Shown piece after piece: positions 49,713-63,782 of a stretch of 64,000 nucleotides of DNA. The stretch lies in the NCBI GenBank assembly GCA_025201805.1, contig MU619268.1, positions 111,412-175,411 of the forward strand. Direction: 5' to 3'. The translations under genes and the position numbers were made by a program. Source of the stretch: Parasitella parasitica NRRL 2501. Taxonomy: Eukaryota; Fungi; Mucoromycota. The notes under the pieces are model-generated. The model worked only from the letters and a program-made list of their open reading frames with translations, searched no databases and was not told the origin of the DNA. Position 1 is the first letter of the stretch. Each line of letters starts with the position of its first letter.

Positions 49713-52700
49713 AAGCCTTCTGGCATACGCAAATCATGTCAAATGTTGAGATATGCAACACCCCTTTCAATTTACAAGGCACTCTTTCGAGTGCGCCAAC
49801 ATGACGTCACTGTAGTAATTTTGCGTTTGGAGGAAGACATAATACTTTGACGTGATGATCAACAGTAGGCAAAATGAGGGTCTAGCATTGAAAAAATAAT
49901 AAGCCTAAAGTTGCCGTCTCAAGCATCATTTACAGCCAAATTAAATGCATAAATGTATAATAAACACTCCAGTTTGTAGGCCCGTCTGAATCTATATATT
50001 CTAGATTGGTTTTATTTTGACCAAACACTCAACACCTCATCTTAGGAACAAACTACGTTCCCCTTGCGATTCCGTGACAAATTTTTCCTGTAAATACAAC
50101 AAAAATAATACATTATATATACAAAATGGTGTAGTCCGTAATCACGCTATCTCCGCTAGATCTCTGGAACCTGATGTACTTGCTGGAACAGTCTTGAATG
50201 CATGCAATAAACGTTGAAAATGTTTAATGTGATGAAGACTTATGTCGAAGTTTTTGGCGGGCAAAAGCAGAAGGAGCATGGCTCAGATCCTGCCTACATT
50301 TTTTGACAAGTTTGCCTCTTTTTACCCAACAACCCAAAACAAAGGGTAAGACATGAGTGCTTCGGAGCAACAACGATGCAAGCGTATTATTATTAGACTG
50401 TCGTCTAAAAAGAACATTTTTTGCCACTATTTTTTCCTCTCGCTTATCGATAGAAAATGATCAACAATGAGGACAGCTTATAAAAAGCAGCCATAAGACG
50501 ATACCAATTAAATAAGTTGTACAAATGAGATAACAAAAAGTGCATTATTAAAAAAGAGGATTTTACCCAGCCTATTCCTGTGTTACCCACAAGAAAACGG
50601 TCTTTGCAAACTGGATGGTCAATGTTGAGAATATTCATGCGATCCATTTTCTTTCGTGCCGTTTTCATAATTCTAGATTTTGAGACTTATTCCTAGACCC
50701 TTTAAGCCTAAATTATGCGATTTTTTAAAACCTTGATAACGATGAAATAGAAGCATTTATTTATTGCTTATTCTTCATTTTATTATTCAAAATATCGATG
50801 ATAATAACGTTATAAAAAAATGTTGTGATACAATAACAATATTATTATTTGTATTTTTTAAAGGGGTTTTGTGGAAATAGAGGCAAAGACAAAGGAGAGA
50901 AAGGAAGCAATATAGCCTTGTATTCAACTTTATTATTGTTACACTAACACACAAAGAAAACAAACTCTAATAAACAACAGCGCAGGTTTGTCGACTTGCA
51001 CTATAAGATAATGATAACTTCAAACAAAAAACGCAAGGATTTAATAGCTTGCCTACCATTAGATTACATGCTACAAATAAGAAGGATAGCGTACTGGTTT
51101 CAGCTCTGCTTATTTTATTTTTGGGCCCTGTTTCTCTGAATATAGATTCCAGATAGGCGATTAGTGGTTACAATTTTTGCTTTCTCATAGACTTGTTGTA
51201 TGCCGTATAAGACGCACTCATATTTTCAAAAAGTAGCTACATTCTTTGCTATAAAACCAGGAAGTACAAGTTCATTACTGGCATTGAACTGGCTCAATAA
51301 ATTCTAAGCACTGCTGCAAGATACACAGCACAGCTTTGTTATTTTTGGCGCGGTCGACGTTCTTCATATTTCAGTGGATTGGAACTCAGGATCTCAACAT
51401 GTGCCACGGTACATACGATATCTGAGACACATAATGGTATTGAATGCAGATCGACATTTAACGAAATATTCCATGTATTTGATAGAAAATTTAATCAGAA
51501 TCACTTTGCTTTTGGTTGTTTTTTTTTGTACATCTTGGTTAAAACGTTTATAATGCAATTGATGTTGATATTCCTATCATTTGCTTATTGAAACAGTATG
51601 TCGCTTGTTGAGTTAGTCACCAGTACCTATCAGTTTTGACATTTTTCAGTGTATACAAAATTAACCAAGTGAGACAGCATGTTTTATTCTCAATCTAAAA
51701 CACGTAATTAGGTTAAAGCATTGCCACTTACTTAGAGAATTTAACTAGAATACGATTTGTGTATAATAATGTGAACTGTCCCTTTCCTTTAGCTAGTAAA
51801 ATCATTGCAGACTAACCAGACATATTCCGAATCTTTTTTGTTTTTTCTCACACCTAATTCTAATGCTATACCCTGTCCGTGTCTGACTTCCAGTACAGTT
51901 TCCCAAACGTTTGAAATCATTTCCATTTTTAACATTGTATGATCAAGATCTTCGTCAATCCAACGAAGGAAGTATCATTGAGTGTAATAACCACCTTACC
52001 ACACACTTCAAGCTCTAATGCAAAAATTGACATTACAGGAGTTATTTTGGAAGTTTTGTTGTTCAAAGGATGTTGCTTCTGATGGCGCTTTAGTGAAAGT
52101 TTGGTCATATAGTAAGCTATCTTGCTTCTAATCAAAGTAATCAGAAATTTGCTATCCATTTTTCTTTTGTAAATCTGTAGAAGCTGTTTCTTTCAGTGCC
52201 CTGTTAAATTTGTGGACTTCTACATAATATGCTTTCATAACACCAAGTAAAACTAACAAGACACATTCGGATCTACCTTAAGCTCTTGCTATTTTAAGGA
52301 TAAAAGCGGGAACCCAAAGCTTTTCGTTGAATAGGGTGTGCAGTTTGTAGCCGCTTCGAAGATGGCCAACCCATAGTGTTTTAGCCATGACATGGTTATC
52401 TTGATTTCATGAGGAGAAAGAGGAAGGAAGACACTCATGTGAATGTATTATTATAACTACACGGGGAGCAAACAAGATGCTTGCTTACTTTCTGATTGAT
52501 CAGTCTATTTTCATTCAAGGCTCTTATACCAGACGATGTATGAAAGTGCTGATAGAATCATGTGCTTTGGTTGTATACAATTAAGCTGGATCCTTAAGAT
52601 GGCTGTAGGAATTCCTGCTGTTTGTGTCTTTTAGTCTAAGTTTAAGGTATGTAGGGTGGTTTTAGTTACACAACGGATACATATCAATCTAAACATGATA

Positions 52701-54117
52701 TGCAGTAAAAGTTTACTTCAAGGTAAATTAAATATCTTGCTGGATGTTCTAATTATGTATATGAGTGTGCTTTATACAAATACACGAATCTTAATCGCCT
52801 TTTGAGACGAATTCTTTTTTGTTGTTCATTATTTTATCCAAGATGACCATCGGTATGCATATATGCATTATTTACGCCATCAATTCTGCAGTTGTAACGT
52901 TATCTCTACTACTTAGAATCCCGCACAGATATGTATTGGAAAATGCAGCATTTAGCTATTTGTGATTGCATGCCCCCATCTCGAATGAATATACCATATA
53001 TTTATAGTCGCTTCGACTTTAGTTGTAACCTATAAATTGCGATCGCTGTTCTATTGACATAGCAATATTCTTATAGCTTAAATCTCTAATTTTTGCCCTG
53101 ATTTCCCGTGATGAATACGTAAATCAAGCTTGCATGTGTTCCAAACAGAAATTTAAGATGGATTTTTCCGTATGCGTAACAAGGATCGATACATTTTTTT
53201 GTTGCATTTAAGTTTACAATTGCTTCTTAATTATTATTACTCTAGGGCAGTTCTGTGTACTGATTTTGGGGCCTTTTTTTTTTTCTTTAAAAAAAAGTAA
53301 TTTTCAAAAGACAATGCAAGTGCCAACCATATTTAGCACCTTAATTGTACCGAATTATGTGTTAAATAAAAAGCTTTACATTAATTTAGATTTTGTTTTT
53401 AAAAGTGTCTTGAAACCGTCTCAAAAAAATTTACAAACTGAAAAATCAATTTCTTAAGGATAAATCAAAAATACGTAATGTAGACTAGGTGAATCAAGTA
53501 ACCAAACGTAAGAGGACCCTTTAGTGCCAGTGTATATGATAATGAAAGGTATCGCTTTTGAGTATTTTGTGCAAAATGTGATCTTTGCGAAATCCCCTCT
53601 TGCAAATCGGCACGATTTTAACGAAAAAATCAAATGCCTCCAAAAACTATAAAATCGTGTCAGTATATTACTTTGACCACAGGGCACCAGGTGGTATTAT
53701 TTTATACAGTAATATGATGCTGATTAGTGCTTAAACCTGACAATCTCTTTGTTGATGATTTCGAATGTAATTGGCATTATTTTGACAATATTTAGCGAAA
53801 TATTGAATTTTACAGTTTGAACGTTTTGGGAAAGTAACCATCAAATATATTTACATACGACAATTGAGCACATAACGTGTACTTGAATAGGAAACTGTTT
53901 TAACAATATAGATCTAAGGTTCATCAGAAATGAATGCGTCGAAATTGCATAGCAACAAAGCCTCAATTCTTTGGTCTTACAAGGAGGCGGATTCATCGTA
54001 AATGCCATCAGTGACGTCTCACATTTAATCAGTTGAAGCTTTCTATTCTGCATGTATTTCTAGCCGTAGAACGCGACTCTGTTCACCCCTTTTTTCATAA
54101 TTTATTTATCTTGAAAT

Positions 54118-55742
54118 ATGTCTATTCCTGTGCGAACGTTCACTGCTGTTGCTAGCCTTGGTTTAAGTGGGGCAGGTGGATATTACTTCCTCAAGAACAG
54201 CAACAAAGCTACTGCACCTGCTGTCAAAGATCAACCCAACGCTGCCAAGTATCCTGATTCTCGCCCTTTCACTTTGCTATCCAGTGACGATATCGATCAA
54301 CGTTTAAGATCAGGCCAATTTGTTAACAAAGTCAAAGCAGGCCATGTCAAGGCGGCTTATACTAATCAATTGCCCTCCAATGATCCTGTGGAAGATAATT
54401 ATAGCATGCACACTTTTCAAAATGGTTTGATTGCGGGTGTCTACGATGGTAATAAGCTGCATTTTGTACCTTATTAACCTTTCGCTCACACTTTTATCAT
54501 AGGCCACATTGGTCCTCATTGTTCTCGTTTGATCAAAAAGCAGTTGCCTATCTACATGGCTCGTGAGTTGGAGGTCAGTGTCAATGCCGAGACAACCGAA
54601 GAGGCTATTTCCGATGCTTTTGTCGACCTGGATAACGATATTCAACAGCGTTTCTACGATTTGTTTCCAAAAAATATCAAACGCACTACTGAGGCAGACA
54701 TCCGAGCTGCCGTTGCTCGACAACCTAATCAAAAAGCGACCGAAGCTATTATAAACGAAGCGATTAATGGCTCTTGTGCTTGCGTTGTTTATGTCAAAGA
54801 CGGCAACATCTATTCAGCTAATACCGGCGACTCCCGCGTAGTCAGTAAGTTGAGATTCAACGCCAAATGAACGTCGCGTTGATAATTGGTTTTTACATAG
54901 TTGTTAGCCAAGATGAAGATGGCACCTGGCGAGGCAGACGTTTGGTTGAAGAGCAATCACCTGCTAACCCAGAGTGGAAAGCGTATATGCGCACCCAGCA
55001 TCCTGCCGATGAATCAGAGGGACTTGTCATAAGAAAACGTATCTTTGGCTTGATTGCAGTTGGTGGATGTAAGTATTTAGAGGCTTTGAAAGCATATTGT
55101 TTGGTTTAACAAAGCTTATGATCAACAGCTTTCGGTGACATTATGTACAAAGTACCAGTAGACTACCAAATGAAGGTTCTGCCATTCATTCCTTACGATA
55201 TATACAAGACGTTTGCTCGTTATCACCATCGCATCGTCGTCAACTACAAGACACCACCTTATCTTCAATCCAAACCTTTAGTGTCGAAACACAAACTGGA
55301 AAAGAGGGATCGATATGTCATCTTGGGCACTGATGGATTGTGGGATGAATTGAGTTGGGATGATGTTCGCAGTACAGATGGTGATGAACAAGCTGCCAAA
55401 ATTATGAGCACATGGAAATCCAAGGGCGAAGCCAACCCAGCTACTCACTTGATTCGTGAAGCATTGCTATATCAAGCAGTCTATAAAAACGTTGGAAAGA
55501 AAGAGCCTGTTGAGGATGAGACATTTGAACTATCCAAGCGTTTGACAAGGAAGCCATCTAGAAATTACCGTGATGACATTACGATTACAGTGCTGGAATT
55601 GGATACTGCACAGACAGAACCTGTTTTTGAGAATGTTGGGCCCGTCAATGAGACAGAAGAGGTTGATATCAATGTGCCAAGATTAGCTGATCCTGGCAAG
55701 CGATCCTCATGGCTATCTGGTTGGATTTGGTCTCGCTTGTAG
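54118..55742 (+). CDS. PP2C/PPM phosphatase, pyruvate dehydrogenase phosphatase (Ptc5)-like, 4 exons
   Basis: NQLPSNDPVED, GVYDGHIG, GSCACV, ANTGDSRVV, FGD, TPPYL, GTDGLWDEL, NPATHLIREAL, RDDITITV. Confidence 0.92.
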
Positions 55743-58700
55743 AGTGGTATTTCCCAACTGACCGAGTGCTTTTGAACGAAATAAAACTACTTCAATTTTT
55801 GGACTATTTACAGTCTTTTTATGAAAAAGTCCAAGTAAATGTAATATATGTTAGGGTTTCTGATGACCAACCTTTTATACTGAGAAGTTTCTGAGAGAAG
55901 AGAAATGTCTCCCTAAGAATATTTCGAGTAGAGACACGAAGTATTAAATACAACCATATTTTAGATTTCTATATAGATTAAGGATACTCTAGAACAGAAA
56001 ATATTTTATAATGCTATACGAAATTGCGATGCCCTAATTTAATCAAACAGCCATTTTGCAGGAGTAATAGGTATTTTTTACCATCTCATTTTTCAATTCA
56101 ATGAAAATTCTTCATCAGCACTATCGACATATATTTCAGAACCTGAAATTAAACAATCACCAACGGATCACAATACTGTACGAAATTATTTGAATTTCAT
56201 AATGTTTAAATGTTGATAAATTTTTTCAGATATATCCGTTGGATATTAGACATCTAAATAAGCTCAAATATTTAAACAAGTCTATGGAACTGCAAAAGTA
56301 TTTAAACTAAATTACAAAATCATCAAAGTATCACATTTTCAAACTATCAAAGTGCATATACTAGTATGGCATTAAGTTGTACGAATCCGTCAAATTATGC
56401 ATTTACACAATGGCAGCTTATCCCTGGATCTAAGTTTAAACCAACCATTTCATTCTTTTTTCTCCTTTAATCATATTTCTTTTCAAAAATCATAACATAT
56501 TCAAGCAAATGACAATCTTCATTTTTATAACTTCACATAATCATTTTATGTTACATCTTCTGAGTTAAGTCAGCATATCCAATATTAAAGAAAGAATATA
56601 CAGTGGGAACACGTTGTAACGGACGGGTTGGTGTACAAAAATGTATTTGGTATAGCGAGTTATCCCCTATTCAGAATTTGATACTTTACAGTACAGTGTC
56701 TGGAACCTGGAACCTGGAATCTACCAGAAGCTTCTTATGAAGGTTAATTTTTGTTAGTATCATTACCCTCAACCTTGATCCTAACCTCTGTTTTACTTTC
56801 TATTTTACATGTTTAGCATTAGAATTACAAAAAAGGAAACCTCAAATTAACATTAAGCATTTTTATAAGCAACAATGCTAATGGGGCTTCTCTGTCACTA
56901 GCAATTAGCAGCTTATATGAACTATTCACAAATAACAAGGGGCCATTACAGCAAAACATTGTCTTCATTAACTATCCTCTTCTGCTTCCAAACTCGATGA
57001 GCCACACCTGTTTTATCATTTTACTATGAAGAAAGGTATACTTGAGGCATCAAAAATACTTGCTTTATAGAGCTGTGTCATTTACCAGAATTGATATTGA
57101 CGTGATATCATCTCAAGATAGACATTTTTTACAGCTTAAAAGCAAGAACTTAAGCTTTGTGTGCCATTTTTCGATTGATTTTCATAATCAAAAATGCCCT
57201 GAAAACACCGGAAATAGTATCCATTAGGAAAAAACTATATTATATATGATTTTTGTGCAATTTGAGCATGATTTTTTTTTCGATGCAAAATCACGGATTT
57301 TTTCGATTTTTCCCTTGTGTCCACACATCCAAAATCATCGATTACGCATTATCCTCAATTTTGACCCCAAAAATGCAACTTTTTACTATGACAAATATTG
57401 GAGGAAAATGATCGTAAAAGACCGTTCCATGATCTGAAAGACTGGAAATGCGCTCTAATTAAGCAAAATATTGATTTTTACCTCTTGATCTGTTTTGAGG
57501 CTTTCTCGACATAATTCCTTCCATAAGCATACTAGAATTATGAAATAATACCACCGTGTAGAGCGTCCAAAAACACAGCTATTATCATAGACCGACAGCC
57601 GGGGTATGCATAGTATCAGAAGATGATATCTTGCCTTAAAAAAGTAATTTCGTTTTTCAATTGTACAAATGGAGTTTTTGAAAGAATTTTCTCTTCCTGA
57701 TTTTGGACACGTTTAATCTCCGCTAACAAAGAAAAACTGTGGTTTTTGAAGAAAGCATTAGCTTTGAGAAGCCATAGCTTACCCAATTCAAAAGAAAAAT
57801 AGTTTTAAACTAATTTATTTAAATGGTGTGCTTCTTGGCTTTCTAATGGTAGTACTTGTATGTCTGTACCTTGCCTGACAATCTTACGCTCCGATTTTGA
57901 AAAATACTTTTCCGAAAAAAAGTCAGAAAAGTCGCTACCTTCATCTGATTTCAACTTGAAAAGTACAAAAACGTGCTCCAAGCTATGCAAATATGTAATC
58001 AAAAGATGTCTCATATTCTAATGCACTACTTTGCATTACTTTTATTTGTGTTTGAGATCGCTAAACATTGTTTTCTTACAGTTTGTGTCTTTTTTCTGAC
58101 AATAACACACTAATCCAAAAAAAGAAAAAAATTAGGCGCCCAAAATCTACGATGGCTTTGCAAGAGCACATACTTTTGAACCATTCCAATATTGCGAAAA
58201 AGATGGCACAGAATTGACTAGCTATTCTACTGTGCAACTGGATATAGAGAACCCAGCTTGGTATATGTCTGAAAAACCTTCTACACTAGAAGACGCCAAA
58301 TCAACTGAGGTTATAAGAAAATGCCAGAGAAAATGAAATAATCTGCCACCAGGATAACACACCCCTTCATAAGAAACTATCTGTATAGAAATTAATGAAA
58401 TCCCAAGGACATAAATGTGTTTAACTTTAATCTTGCTCTCCGTTCCTGAATCCAATTAAATGTTTTTGATCCAAAGTCTACAGACACATTTACATCCAGA
58501 GTCACAGATGTTTGTCAACAGACAGCCTTGCAACACATTCTCTTATTGTTTTTCACTATATGAATAAAACAAAGCAATTACTCTTTTTCTATAAATATGG
58601 AAATCCTCACTTAAAATCTTTTTAGCGAGATATTTCTCTTCTCTCAGAAACTTCTTAGCTTTTATCAGAAACAAAAGTTTTGTTAACGGAAACCCTAATA

Positions 58701-59569
58701 TATACTATCACAATCACCATGATCTTTATCATTTGTTTAAGAAACTGCAAAATGACAGTAGAGAAATTTGTCGGACGGAAAGAACACTTTATTCAAGAGC
58801 TATCTATAAATTCTTGCTGATCTGTTTTTGATGCGAACTTTAATTACGCTTTTACCTTCCTATTTAATCAATCCGAAAAAAACTCTGAGTGTGTACAACT
58901 TGAATACCTTTTTCAGACACTATTTAAAATATTTTTGAAACCAGTTTTTAAGATTATTATGGACTTCATTCATTACAATCCAGCCAATGGACCACTTTTA
59001 GTCGACAAGATCTCATCTGACGAGATGGACCTTGAAGATATGGCAATTCAATATAGAGATTTGGAAATGATCATTGATTTTGAAAGGGCTGCCGAAACAA
59101 AAGTAGCTGAGATAAATAAAATGGATGATTCTTTATTGATATGAAATGATGAGGTATTTATACTATTTGATATCGATACGGATTTGATAATATATATAAT
59201 CTCGGGCATGAAGACACAATAGTTTACGGACATGGAATATATCTTCTGGCAACTGTTAATGCATGCTGCCTTCGTCAGTTGACATATAATATCACAGCTA
59301 ACACCCAACTCTTTTGATGGGTATGTTGGGAAAGAGGGAGGGAAACAAAATATTACTATCTATTCCAAAAAACGAAAAGCACTCCACAGTCTCGGCTCTT
59401 CTTGCGGCGAGATCCCACCACATCATCAGTCTTCGTCTCGGCAACAAAACCATTTTATTAGTTCTTTTGCAGCATTATATTAAAATCTTCTTTATAAACG
59501 ATGTTGTAAGTATATAACCCAGTTTGATCGTCTATTTTGGATGTATCATCAGAGATCATTATTTTGACA

Positions 59570-60690
59570 GAAGTTGGCGCCCACACACGTGATAAAGCGA
59601 CATAAAGTTGACCATGACCAAATATTAAATGGCTTGGTAGATATTACAAACCGACAGAAATCAGCGTTTGTCCCTGCGCCTTATTGATGGTCATCACAAA
59701 TGCCAGTCTTACAGGAAACTGGGTTCGTCGAATATCATAAGGTGAGAGGCCTTCAGTGGCAAGAGAGATGAATTTGATTTTGGGGATAAGAACAATGTTG
59801 CCAGCATTGGGCCCAGTAGCAATGATTGCTTCGATGGCATTCGTCATCAGTGAGTTAACGATTAATCTCGTACAGTTACGCTGGATCAATATTTCTGATT
59901 GCTATAATTGGAGCATTAATTTTTGAATCAAGGATGAGGCAAAGACCCATTTTCGATGATGTTAAGCATCTCAACCAGCATTGTCAATTGAGATTAATAT
60001 TCACAAGCTTGATTTCTACCGACGTACGACATTTGCGCCCTGGAATGCACTCCAAGAGTATATCGTTTATCACCTTGACATTGTTTTGGGCTGTCAAGAT
60101 GGCCCTCCCAACAAAGTAATCAAATCTGAGTTAGCCGCAGTGGCAATATCAAAGAGTATGCTTCTAATCTGATTAATCAAATTATCTCCAGGTATGAGCA
60201 TTTCCCAGGAATTTGGATAAAATCTGAAGGTATGTCTCTAGGCAGAGTAATTGTAGGAACAGTACCTTGACCAACCTGGAGCAGATAACCAGCAAATTGT
60301 TGAAGTTCATTAGCAAGACCTGGATTGTCAGTCTGAAGAGCCTGTCGAACTCTCATGTTTGTACGCAATTGCATTGAGACTACTAGTGGCCAAAAGCTGG
60401 CTTTGTTCAAGCACTCACGAAATAAGCGCTCAACTGTTGCTATTAAGTCCTTGCTGATTATTGAGCATTCATCCCAAACAATAATTTTTGCTCTTTGGAT
60501 AAATGATGCTATGTCAGAGCGGGTCGAAATGTCGCACATGCTAGTATTGGTAATCTCTAAATGTATCTTAAAGGTAGATTGAGCAGTACTTCCGCCTTTG
60601 AGTAACAATGCAGCAGTTTCACTCAATACCATAGCGAGCAATCGCAATACCACCTTCTCATCTGACATGATCAAGAAGTGCATCATACAC
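59570..60690 (-). mobile_element. Decayed Helitron Pif1-type helicase fragment
   Basis: AALLLKGGSTAQSTFKI, IIVWDEC, LRTNMRV, FAGYLLQVGQG, RRTQFPVRLAFVMTINKAQGQTL and FGHGQLYVALSRV are Helitron helicase motifs. They are broken by stops, frameshifts and deletions. Confidence 0.88.
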
Positions 60691-60999
60691 TAAAGCTTGG
60701 CGTTCATTGAAGGGCAAAAGTTCAAAGTCAGGTGCATCTAATGATTCAGCATACAGCAGACTATGCACTCTCTTATAAGCGTTGGAGTGGTTTGTGCTTC
60801 TATCGGCTCGGGTATCAGTGTTGAGAGATACGTTGCTGAACCCGCTTCCTTTGGCTTCAAATCATAACGATGGTCTGCCAAGATATCTTTTGAAGAGGCT
60901 AGTAATATAATATAATGTAGCATTCATTTATAGATTTTGCAATGTATGCTAAATCAAGTGGAGTGATTAGGAGTAATTTAGAGCCTCCTCAGAACGGAT

Positions 61000-62215
61000 T
61001 TGGGTAAATAGAGGGTGTTCCTCGAAACCATGGCGGTTTTGGTATTTTGGATGTTACAAAGCAGTATTCGGCTCTTTACTTTTGGTGGATTCAACCTTTA
61101 CTCTTGACCAATTTAACATCTACAACTAATAATCCGTTAACGGGATGCTTATTCATCACGTTAATAATCACAATGGTTCCTCATTACATCAAGTTCCACT
61201 GCTACTACCTGTATCTCGCAGACTCTTTGCCAAAAAACGTCGGGTGTCCACTATTATTGATATGCTCTACAACAAGTCAATTGATATGATTTCTCATGAT
61301 TATGATAGTGTTTTTCTCAATACTACCACTGCTCTTCTACTCCCTCTTTCTACCGTTTTTTACAAGCCTACTACCCACAGTTAATTCCAAATCCCTCACA
61401 AGATCTCGACAATGTCTGTGTCGGATGTCTTTCAGTTCCACTCCACTCATCACTTTTTCCATTGGAAGAATTCTAGTGATCCTACCACAGCTATCTATCT
61501 GGAAACAAGCACAAAAACAGATTTACAGAGGTATCGCCTCTGGCCACATCCAAATCCAATTTTTTCAAATTGGGGATTTTCCTGTTCTACATCCATCAAT
61601 CTTGCAGAGCAACTTCTCTTCCCCAATGCTCTTACAGTCATCTCTTCCAGTATTACTTCAAAACTTTTCGACAGGCCTACTCTTCTGCTTCCATTGCTCC
61701 CCCTTATTTATCGTCCATTCCAGCTACTGCTTGGTCATCCTTCTGGTGTTTAATCATTAACCATGATCCGACGCAATGTCTTTATCGTTTCATCAATAAC
61801 TGCATTCCGACTCAGTTTCTTCTTCACCGGATTTTTCCTAATGTAGATGCATCTTCCTTGTGTGCTGTTTGCTCCTCTGTTGAAGACTCTGTGGATTACT
61901 TCTTATTTGCATGTCGTCCATCGAAGGCTTCATTTTGGCAAGGTGTAATCTCTGAATTTTTATGGCCCACAGTAACTATTGCTGATATATGTCATTCTAT
62001 CCTCAACCTATTAATTTTTACAATATTCAACACAGTCAAAAGCCCTTGGCCCCCTCATACATTATTGCCATCAGAATCACTTTAACAAATGTCTGGAAGG
62101 CTCACTTTCGCTTTATTTTTCACCAAAAACCTTTTCGGCAACCTCTATTTTGAATCACATCCGACTTTATCTTTAAGATGATCGACGAAGATCAAGTCCA
62201 CTTTATGTTGTAATT
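61000..62215 (+). mobile_element. 3' remnant of an L1/Tx1-like non-LTR retrotransposon ORF2 (zf-RVT region)
   Basis: HGGFGILDVTKQYSAL..WIQPLL, then YRFINNCIPTQFLLHRIFP...CAVCSSVEDSVDYFLFAC..KASFWQGV (zf-RVT with His replaced by Tyr). Multiple frameshifts. Confidence 0.8.
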
Positions 62216-63782
62216 TTCTTTTCCTTTAGTATTATCTTCTATTTTCTTATACGGTACTTGTTTTTCTATTTTTTATTACTACTATCAATATAAATTGCGC
62301 CCGCCTCTTGGTGGCAGCCTCGCTACTTTAATCTACACGGAGCAAATAATAGAAACCTTTAAAAAAAAGGGTATTAGAAAATGGAGTACTTTTTGGATAA
62401 TAGGTATTCCGGAAGGTTTGGGGCACTACCAATTAACAGTTGGAGGGACAGATAATAGTAGTCTTAGAGTATCGCAATGAAGACAGTGTTTAGAATAACA
62501 AAATATAGACAGAAAAATACAATTATAACTGAATATATTTATTTTGCTATTCCAAGATTGAATGAAGATTTAAACTAGTGTATGTTTTGAAGGTATTTAT
62601 AGTTATTTGACAGTGCCGCAGCAATAGGACCATGATCTAGGATGAGGGATAATTGGGTACACCTTGAAGCAATCCCTATGAGCTTGGTGGATAAGAGTTT
62701 CCGAGTTACCAGTAAGACAAGAGCATAGATACGTATAAAGGATAGAATGTTATTCCTAGTAGCTTTGATGGAAGAACATTCGTCAGGATTTAACACCGAC
62801 CTCAGGAACCAAATGTCATAGGATATCACCACTTTGTACTGGGATAAAGATCCGCCATTCAATGTCACCACTTATGTCTCCTTGCCATGTCTAAATAAAG
62901 TCATTCCATTCTACTACGCATTTCTACTCATGCTCGCTTTATGATGTGTTATGTACAGAGTATTATAATACATTACCGTTAAGATTTGATCTGTATCCTA
63001 AACAGACAGTATATAGTACCACCTAATATCATGCATTACATCTAACTAAGAAGTCATCAATACAGTATCACTTCTCTCGTCCTCCTAGAAAAAAATGCGA
63101 CACAAGGCCGCCGTAATTTAACTGTTTGGTGGCTACTGAAGTGAACTACTAGACTAGATTCCCATCACAAAATATTGTCATCACTCAATAATAGTAGCTA
63201 AGACTACAAAGGAAACAAATAACAGAGGGATAGAAATTGACATATCAAATAGCATGTTGTGCCACAAACTAAGCTTCCTAATCGCATGTTTAAAATGCCG
63301 TCCTTGATCCATCGTCAGTGAGCACAACAGGTGACGATTATTGTATATGATATGAAAAATATAAGAAAATAATAAAGACTTAATTTACTAGATAGAAAAC
63401 TATTGATTTATTGATTGACAAGAAGCTGTCGATTTATATTGGAATAAATCTGTCTGATAAAATACAATCAGGTCATGTTTGCCATTTAATTGTCAAACAA
63501 GATTATAACACAGTAGTAGTGAGCAAGACCTACTGTATATTTTTATATTTAATCAGCTAATCGTTATATGAATGTGAATCATCCATCGATGAGTTGAGCT
63601 TCATAATTTAGAATAAGTAGAACCTAATAGATGGTTTCTTTTACAAGACATTCTATTTAATAACTTCTATTTAATAAATAGAGTAATCGATGCCATTTAA
63701 CCTAAGATCAGATTAGGAACGTCGGTTGCCATGATAACTGAGTTGAATAGTGGCAACCATGGTATTCTATTGATACAACACA

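Noticed and set aside
49900-53900. Short ORFs in the long intergenic region
   Set aside because: No coherent exon chain or domain; probably eroded TE or pseudogene sequence.
59570-60690. Host PIF1 helicase gene
   Set aside because: Multiple stops and deletions, Helitron-type motifs and a TE-rich context favour a dead Helitron.
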